This document shows, one piece after another, positions 59,502 through 64,000 of a DNA stretch of 64,000 nucleotides. The position numbers were made by a program, and so were the translations under genes. The notes under the pieces were generated by a model. It was not told the origin of the DNA. It searched no databases and worked only from the letters and a program-made list of their open reading frames with translations. Position 1 is the first letter of the stretch; every line of letters starts with the position of its first letter. Where the stretch lies: positions 12,896,001 through 12,960,000 of the forward strand of contig OX597828.1 of the NCBI GenBank assembly GCA_951406725.2. Reading direction: 5' to 3'. This stretch comes from Octopus vulgaris. Lineage: Eukaryota.

Positions 59502-60630
59502 TATGTATGCTTGTGTGTGCAATTTTAATTTGTAAAACCCTAAATCATATGTCAAAACATTAACAGATTTGGTGTGAAACTGGAAGGAGAAAGCAGTGGT
59601 TGTGCTGAGAAAGGTGAAAGAAAGTATTATGAAGAGAAACAGATTACATGTATATAGATATGTGGAAGACTGACAGGGTGGCAGACAGCAGCTTTTGAGA
59701 TAATCAGTCGGACAAGAAAACAGTTAAATAAATGAAGATCTAAACCAATGTGACAGATGAAGAGAGAGCATGAGTAAGTGAGAAGAATGAGAAGTTAGAG
59801 AGGTAACACAATAAAGTAACATAGGAATAGAGAGTGAGCGAGAGTGATTAAGAAAGAGATCTTCATATATTATATTGAAGCAGGTAAGAAAAACTGGGGA
59901 AGGGGAGTGGAGGCACAATTTAAATGAGAAAAAAAAGGAAGTTTGTGTGTGTGTGTGTGTGTGTATCTTGTGTGATCGATCATACTATTGGATGGTGTTT
60001 AACATTGCTGATCACAATGCGCTTTGTATCATTTTAGATTTTGAATGATACCCCCACTGAGTAGGCAAGCAGGCCACCATTTCTCCCAATCGGAAAACTA
60101 GTTTGTTGCAGGGTTACCCATTAACAGCTGAGTTGACTGGAGCGACATGATTTGAAGTGTTTTGCCCAAGAACACAAAGCACAGCTGGTCCAGGGAATTG
60201 AAACCACTAGCTCAAATCATGAGTGCCATGCACTGTCACACACACACACACACACACACACAAACATGAATCAAAACAACGGAAATGAATGTAAATATTC
60301 TTTTCAACTCTAGGCACAAGGCCCGGAATTTTGGGGAGGGGTGGGGCCAGTCGATTAGATCGACCTCAGTACGCAACTGGTACTTAATTTATCAACCTCA
60401 AAAAGATGAAAGACAAAGTCGACCTCGGCAGAATTTGAACTCAAAACATAAAGACCGCTAACGTTTCAGCCAGCTTGCCACCTTAATAATAAATGCAAAT
60501 ATTACGAAGCTTGAAAATAGGTAGCGTAAGACAAGGGTAAACATGTATCTATATTCTTACTTCACCCACAGCCCAGCTTAGTAATATACAGCCTTTTTGT
60601 TACTATATTTCTGCTAAAATAGTATCAAAC

Positions 60631-60732
60631 AGTAAAGTTTATTCGCCCACAAAATGCAGTAATCCTACAGAGGACAATGTAGTAACATCGTCCTGTGTAG
60701 GACTGCCACATTTTGTTGGCAAATAAACTTTA

Positions 60733-60734
<2 letters not shown>
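60631..60734. repeat. About 104-bp palindrome (MITE-like hairpin)
   Basis: AGTAAAGTTTATTCGCCCACAAAATG...CATTTTGTTGGCAAATAAACTTTACT with a 4-nt loop AGTA. Confidence 0.8.
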
Positions 60735-60786
<52 letters not shown>

Positions 60787-61113
60787 CCAGTTCCAGTGGA
60801 TTTGACTAACCCATACCAGCATGGAAAAACAGGCACTAAATGATGATGATGGCACACACAAGAAAAATGTAAACATTATTAAAACTATACCATCAAAAGC
60901 TGTTTTATTACGTTTCAGGTAACTCATAAAGAAGCAGAAAACAATGTTTTGTGTTCATATATTTTTAGCCCCCTATGTCCGAGTTCAAATCCTATCATAA
61001 AAAGGTTTTCCTCTCCTTCAGGGCTAAATGCTTTTGTTGTTGTTTAGCCTCAGCTCAATACTAATTAAGCAGTCATATCAACAAAGGCATTCCAGCTATG
61101 ACCATTCCATCTA

Positions 61114-61164
<51 letters not shown>

Positions 61165-61440
61165 ACATGAGTGTGGCTGTGTGACAAGAAGCTTGCTTCC
61201 CAACCACATGGTTCCAGGCTCAGTCCGGGCGAATGTCTTCTACTACAGGCTCAGGTCAACCAAAGATTTAAACTGACAGAAGCCCATATTACACATATGC
61301 GTGCATGTGTGTGTGCGCACGCATTTGAGTGTTCAGTTTAACAAGTCCTTAAATATCATATAAGATATAATTAGATTTTGGGGTTGTTGTTGTTGTTATC
61401 ATTATCATTATCATTATCATCATTATTATTATTATTATTA

Positions 61441-61655
61441 AGGCAGCGAGCTGGCAGAGTTGTTAGCACGCTGAACAAAATGCTTAGCGGTATTCCGCAT
61501 GTCGCAACGTTGTGAGTTCAAATTCCACCAATGTCAACTTCGCCTTTCATCCTTTTGGGATCGATAAAATAAGTACTAGTAAAACACTGGGGTTGACATA
61601 ATCAATAATCCCCCTACCCCCAAATTTCAAGCTTTGTGTCTATAGTAGAAAGGAT
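61441..61655 (+). mobile_element. SINE family A
   Basis: Family A head and core between (ATT)n tracts. Confidence 0.78.
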
Positions 61656-61669
61656 TATTATTATCATTA

Positions 61670-61950
61670 TTTTTAACTAAGATTTTGTTGGAACTCCTAG
61701 AGCTTTACATGCATAGCAGGCTTGCTACATGCAGCCTACAATACCATGTTATCTGTTCTTTTCAATGATCTAATACTTTTTGATTTTGGCCATGCCAAGG
61801 AAGCAAACCTTTTGTAATGCTTCCACTGGGCACTTTATTCCTATTTCCATTATATTCTTCTCAATGCCTTCTGATCTGTCCCCTAAGGATCCAACAATAA
61901 TTTTCATTTTCAACAATTGAGCTGTCTCATATTTTTGAGGGTTGTATATG
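61670..61950 (-). mobile_element. 3' end of an R4/Dong-like (RLE) non-LTR retrotransposon
   Basis: KYETAQLLKMKIIVGSLG..IEKNIMEIGIKCPVEALQKVCFLGMAKI resembles the RLE C-terminus. Flanked by (TAA)n-type repeats, the known Dong target. Confidence 0.65.
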
Positions 61951-61992
61951 TCTACTATTACTGTTATTCTTATTCTTATTATTATTATTATT

Positions 61993-62240
61993 ACTCTTTT
62001 ACTTGTTTCAGTCATTTGACTGCAGCCATGCTGGAGCACCGCCTTTAGTCAAACAAATAGAGCCCAGGACTTATTCTTTGTAAGCTTAGTACTTATTCTA
62101 TCAATCACTTTTGCCAAACAGCTATGTTACGGGGATGTAAACACACCAGCATCGGTTGTTAAGCGGTGGTGGAGGGACAAACACAGACACACAAACATAT
62201 ACATATATATCTGTCTAGCAAGTCCACTCACAAGGCTTTG
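61993..62240 (-). mobile_element. SINE family B, 3' part
   Basis: Reverse complement of the family B tail. Confidence 0.8.
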
Positions 62241-63012
62241 GAAGAATAAGTTACAGCTTTTTTTTTCAGTCACCTATGCTTCAAACCATACAGATTTGCA
62301 GTGGGACTGAATAGTCATAGGAGAGGTCATGGACAGAAAGTCAGAAATACTATTGACAAGAAAGGACAAAGAGATGGTAATCAGCTGAGAAGATGGAACA
62401 ATCACCGCGTGTGTGACGTGGAAGTGTGTTTATCTCCGCATCACTTGACAAGTGATGTTGGTTTCTTTGCAGCCCCATAACTTAGCAGTTAGGCAAAATG
62501 AGACTGATAGAGTAAGTATGAAACTTAAAAAGAATAAATACTAAGCAGAAACAAGACTAAGAGAGAGAGAGAGAGTATGTGTGTGTGAACACAGATAACG
62601 CCATATCCTATATCATGATTGTAAAATGGCAACACATTCAACAAGAATGATAACAACCAGATTTCAGCTGAAGAACAAACAACTACAACAACAAACTTAA
62701 ACAACAATAACAACTGTGAGATGATATCAGCAATTCCATCAAGACATTCTGAAAAGCTTAAAAAGCAAAAAAAAAAAAAAAAAAAGCCACAAAAGAAATA
62801 GAGATTGTGAGAATATGCAACATCTAATAAATCTTTCTATTTTTATATTCGTAATTTAAAAGTTGAAGTTCTGTATTATGACAAGACATGCTTTTATTTA
62901 CCAAACATGTTATTATAACTGCTGTAATATTCTCTGATGTGAGAGAAAAATGTCAAAATTCCACTTGGCATCATTATTGTTTTTAATTGAGTCTTTTACA
63001 CAGAAGTATAAG

Positions 63013-63230
63013 TCATCATCATCATCATCATCATTTAGTGTCCGCTTTCCATGCTGGCATGGGCTGGACGGTTCAATTGGGGTCTGGGAAGCCAGAAGGC
63101 TGCACCAGGCCCAGTCTGATCTGGCAATGTTTCTACGGCTGGAAGCCCTTCCTAGCGCCAACCACTCCATGAGTATAGTGGGTACTTTTTATGTGCTACC
63201 GGCACAGGGGCCAGGCGGGGCTGGCAAACG
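63013..63230 (-). mobile_element. SINE-like family D ending in (ATG)n
   Basis: GAGTGGTTGGCGCTAGGAAGGGC..CCAGCCGTAGAAAC ... CCAGCATGGAAAGCGGACACTAAATGATGATG. Relatives near 45930, 46580, 48160, 50485, 57640 and 60780. Confidence 0.72.
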
Positions 63231-63744
63231 GCCCGTGAATCTAAATAAACAAAAGGCCATATTCTATTGGTACTTTAGCGGTTTCTGTGAGAGAAGAAAA
63301 TACAAGACAAAACATAAAAGACCAGTTCCAGAACAATGTAGGAAATTTAAAAGCTTCTACATGAAGGTACAGGTACCATAAGGCCAGTTTCTTTAGAGAA
63401 TGGTCATACAACATGAGATGACCGAGATGAACACCACCACACAGTCTTTGCTGCCTGTGATATATCACTGGAATTCGTTTTCATCAGTATCAGTTTTGTT
63501 TGTCTTTTATCTTTTAATTGTTTCAGTCATTGGACACTGGCCACACTGGAGCACTACCTTGAAGGTTTTTTTTTGTTGTTGAATAAATTGCCACCGATGC
63601 TTATGTTTTTTTCATATATCTTGTATTTATTCTATTGGTCTCTTTAGCTGGAATTACTAGCTTACAAGGATGTAAACAAACCAACACTGGTTGTCAAACA
63701 GAGTTTGGACACAAAGACACACACACACACACGCACGCACACGC

Positions 63745-64000
63745 GCTCTTTTACTCTTTTACTTGTTTCAGTCATTTGACTGTGGCCATACTAGAGCACC
63801 ACCTTTAGTCGAGCAACTTGACCCCAGGACTTACTCTTTATAATCCTAGTACTTATTCTATCGGTCTCTTTTTGCCGAACCGCTAAGTTACGGGGGACGT
63901 AAACGCTCCAGCATCAGTTGTGAAGCGATGTTGAGGGGGGGGGGGACAAACACAAACACACACAGGAACACACATATATATTCATATATATATGACAGGC
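63745..64000 (-). mobile_element. SINE family B (runs off the window end)
   Basis: Reverse complement of the family B tail and body. Confidence 0.85.

Noticed and set aside
60901-60924. TTTCAG|GTAACT recursive-splice-like site on the + strand
   Set aside because: Weak donor; expected by chance in AT-rich DNA.

Overview
Eukaryotic, AT-rich, microsatellite-saturated genomic DNA, most likely from Octopus or a close coleoid cephalopod (inferred from the recurring tRNA-derived SINE families; no database check was possible). Almost all ORFs in the supplied track are microsatellite artefacts. Supportable content: one convincing terminal coding exon (+, 32774-32976: single transmembrane helix plus a short cytoplasmic tail) and three weaker exon candidates; three mariner elements; hAT elements and MITEs; piggyBac-like MITEs; a Helentron-type and a possible Helitron-type element; fragments of RTE, CR1/L2-like, R4/Dong-like and Penelope-like retroelements; and dozens of SINE copies. 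Most notable observations: (1) a set of Penelope-associated minimal hammerhead ribozymes with palindromic stem III, including one with an intact core (19767-19849, minus) and a five-copy family carrying a non-canonical core (U at the normally invariant A6); (2) two SINE/LINE pairs with shared 3' tails; (3) a hAT MITE holding a 305-bp inverted copy of adjacent DNA followed by a template switch; (4) head-to-tail SINE multimers with a recurrent junction; (5) a CpG-rich to CpG-depleted transition near 41-42 kb, between two very long (TA)n tracts. Coordinates of degenerate repeats are approximate.
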